Shown piece after piece: positions 62,580 through 64,000 of a stretch of DNA of 64,000 nucleotides. The stretch comes from Candidatus Palauibacter sp. (GTDB lineage Bacteria > Gemmatimonadota > Gemmatimonadetes > Palauibacterales > Palauibacteraceae), in contig NZ_CBDBNY010000004.1 of NCBI RefSeq assembly GCF_965208055.1, forward strand, positions 389,706 through 453,705, given 5' to 3'. Below the pieces are notes generated by a model. That model ran no database searches, was not told the origin of the DNA, and saw only the letters and a program-made list of their open reading frames with translations. Each line of letters starts with the position of its first letter. The stretch's first letter is position 1. The translations under genes were made by a program, and so were the position numbers.

Positions 62580-64000
62580 ATGCGCGTGACCCGGGCGGTC
62601 TCCCTTGTGACGATGCTCTTTTGTGTGGGGTGTGATGCGCCGTCTACCGGCGAGGCGGTGGCGGCCGATCATTCCCATGCCGGCGGCGGCGTCGTGACGC
62701 ACTGGACCGAGTCGCTCGAACTCTTCGTCGAGTACCCTCCGCACGTGCGGGGGGTCGCGAGCGAGCCGTGGGCGATCCACCTCACCTGGCTGGCGGACTG
62801 GAAACCGGTGCGGGAGGGGCGCCTCGTGCTCCTGCTCCGGGGACCGGGCGGCGCCCGCGAAGAGATTGTACTGCCGGCCCCGGCGAGCCCGGGCATCTAC
62901 AGTGCGAGCCCGACCCTCTCGGAGACCGGGACCTGGCGCGCGGACATGACGCTCACGGCCGGCGGCGCGGACCATGCGATTCCGGTGGGGCAGTTGCGCG
63001 TGTTCGAGAGCGAAGACGCGCTCCCGCACGACGTGGAGCAGCCGCTACCGGGGCTGATCGCGCTCCCGAAGGAAGAGCAGTGGGCGATGCCGTTCCAGGT
63101 GGCGGTCGCGGAGAGGCGCCGGATTCCGAACTCGATCCCGGTGACCGGGGAGGTCGCGGCCCCCGCCCGCGGCCTCGCGCACGTCTCGACCCCCGTGGAA
63201 GGTCTCGTGCTCGTCCAGGGACCGTCGCCCGCACCCGGCGAGGTCGTGCAGAAGGGAGAGACGCTGGCGTTGATCGCCCCGACGAGCCTCGACGATTCGT
63301 ACGCTCGCATGCGGGCCGACGTGGAGGAGGCCGGGCGCGAGGCGAACCGGATGGAGCGTCTCTTCGCGGCCGGGGCGATTGCCGAGAGCCGCCTCGAGGG
63401 GGCGCGGCACGACCTCGCGGTGGCGCGGGCGGCCTTCGAGGTAGTGGCCGGCGGCGGCTCCGGCGAGGAGGACGGCGGTCCCGAACCCTACGTCTACCGG
63501 CTTCGGAGTCCGATCGGGGGCGTGATCGCCGAGCGCCATGTGGCCCCCGGGGAGCACGTCGCCACGGGGACGCACGCCTTCACGGTCGTGCGCCCCGACA
63601 CCCTGTGGTTCGTCGCGCGGGTTCCGGCCCGCTACGCCGAAGCGGCCAGCGACGCCCGCGGCGCGTGGTTCACCGTCGAAGGCACGACCCACACGCACGC
63701 TGCCGATCGCGTGGTATCGGTGGGGAGCATCATCGATGCCGGGAGCCGTACGCTGCCGGTCCGGTTCGCGGTCGCGAACGCAGGCGGGGAGCTCAAGGTG
63801 GGGATGCTGGCCGAGGGACACCTGCTCCTCGGTACCCCTGTGGAAGGCGTGGCCGTCCCGACCGGCGCGATCCTGGACGAGGACGGCCTCCCCGTCGTCT
63901 ACGCCAAGGTCGGCGGAGAAGCGTTTCAGAGGCGGGTCGTGGAGACCGGCCCCTCGGACGGAACGTGGACCATCGTCCACTCCGGGGTCTCCGACGGGGA
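62580..64000 (+). CDS. Efflux RND/heavy-metal-type periplasmic adaptor subunit (HlyD/CzcB-like); 5' part only because it runs off the right edge
   Basis: This gene is not in the ORF track because it has no stop in the window. ATG 62580 follows GGAGGTG. The lipobox is LFCVGC. I read the frame through to 64000 with no stop. Typical adaptor motifs are present (IPVTGEV, SPVEGLV-like, LRSPIGGVIAERHV, TLPVRFAV). Confidence 0.8.
   Translation, partial: MRVTRAVSLVTMLFCVGCDAPSTGEAVAADHSHAGGGVVTHWTESLELFVEYPPHVRGVASEPWAIHLTWLADWKPVREGRLVLLLRGPGGAREEIVLPAPASPGIYSASPTLSETGTWRADMTLTAGGADHAIPVGQLRVFESEDALPHDVEQPLPGLIALPKEEQWAMPFQVAVAERRRIPNSIPVTGEVAAPARGLAHVSTPVEGLVLVQGPSPAPGEVVQKGETLALIAPTSLDDSYARMRADVEEAGREANRMERLFAAGAIAESRLEGARHDLAVARAAFEVVAGGGSGEEDGGPEPYVYRLRSPIGGVIAERHVAPGEHVATGTHAFTVVRPDTLWFVARVPARYAEAASDARGAWFTVEGTTHTHAADRVVSVGSIIDAGSRTLPVRFAVANAGGELKVGMLAEGHLLLGTPVEGVAVPTGAILDEDGLPVVYAKVGGEAFQRRVVETGPSDGTWTIVHSGVSDG

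Noticed and set aside
1-64000. I looked for CRISPR arrays, tRNA/rRNA genes, integrases, transposases and inverted terminal repeats that could define a mobile element carrying the defence island.
   Set aside because: I found no regularly spaced repeats, no T-loop-like GGTTCGAATCC contexts in intergenic DNA, and no recombinase or transposase motifs in any credible ORF. Mobility of the island is therefore unsupported by this window, except for the 42-nt direct repeats reported separately.

Overview
This is a GC-rich bacterial chromosomal window (spot counts of 60-nt lines give about 70% G+C). The gene content is reminiscent of Gemmatimonadota-like bacteria, but that is inference only. I can support about 45 protein-coding genes. 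I recognised no rRNA, tRNA, CRISPR array, integrase or transposase. All domain calls come from reading motifs by eye, not from HMM searches.

The left part (about 1.7-24.9 kb) is an accessory, defence-type island. It contains:
- A split ABC-ATPase/Toprim-like gene pair at 1754-3423.
- A translationally coupled SNF2 helicase and a very large N6-adenine DNA methyltransferase at 5529-14263. The methyltransferase reading frame is cut once by an in-frame TAG at 12347-12349.
- An AlbA_2/Schlafen-like ATPase.
- A clearly lower-GC single-gene cassette whose product ends in a nucleoside-2-deoxyribosyltransferase/TIR-like domain.
- A Fic AMP-transferase with an AbiEi-like N-terminus, on the opposite strand.
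- A 2001-aa gene at 18724-24729. It fuses a DEAD/DEAH helicase carrying zinc-ribbon insertions, a DUF1998 module, a DUF559-like PD-(D/E)xK module and a complete LexA-type S24 self-cleaving peptidase domain. The gene is bracketed by two copies of an AT-rich direct repeat of about 42 nt.

Together these look like a DISARM-class-1-like (or Druantia-DruE-like) system with a non-canonical, apparently undescribed architecture.

The rest of the window is mostly housekeeping or envelope genes:
- A UGSC-family selenoprotein that the ORF track splits at its in-frame UGA. A SECIS-like hairpin follows that UGA.
- A VapBC pair.
- Three coupled amidohydrolases.
- ArfB, a YdbS/YdbT pair and two tandem TPR-TlpA paralogues.
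- RecQ.
- A PQQ dehydrogenase.
- A Fur-box-preceded CbiX/HmuY/TonB-receptor cluster.
- LepB.
- The 5' part of an RND adaptor gene that runs off the right edge.

Four-nucleotide ATGA/GTGA stop-start overlaps are common between adjacent genes.
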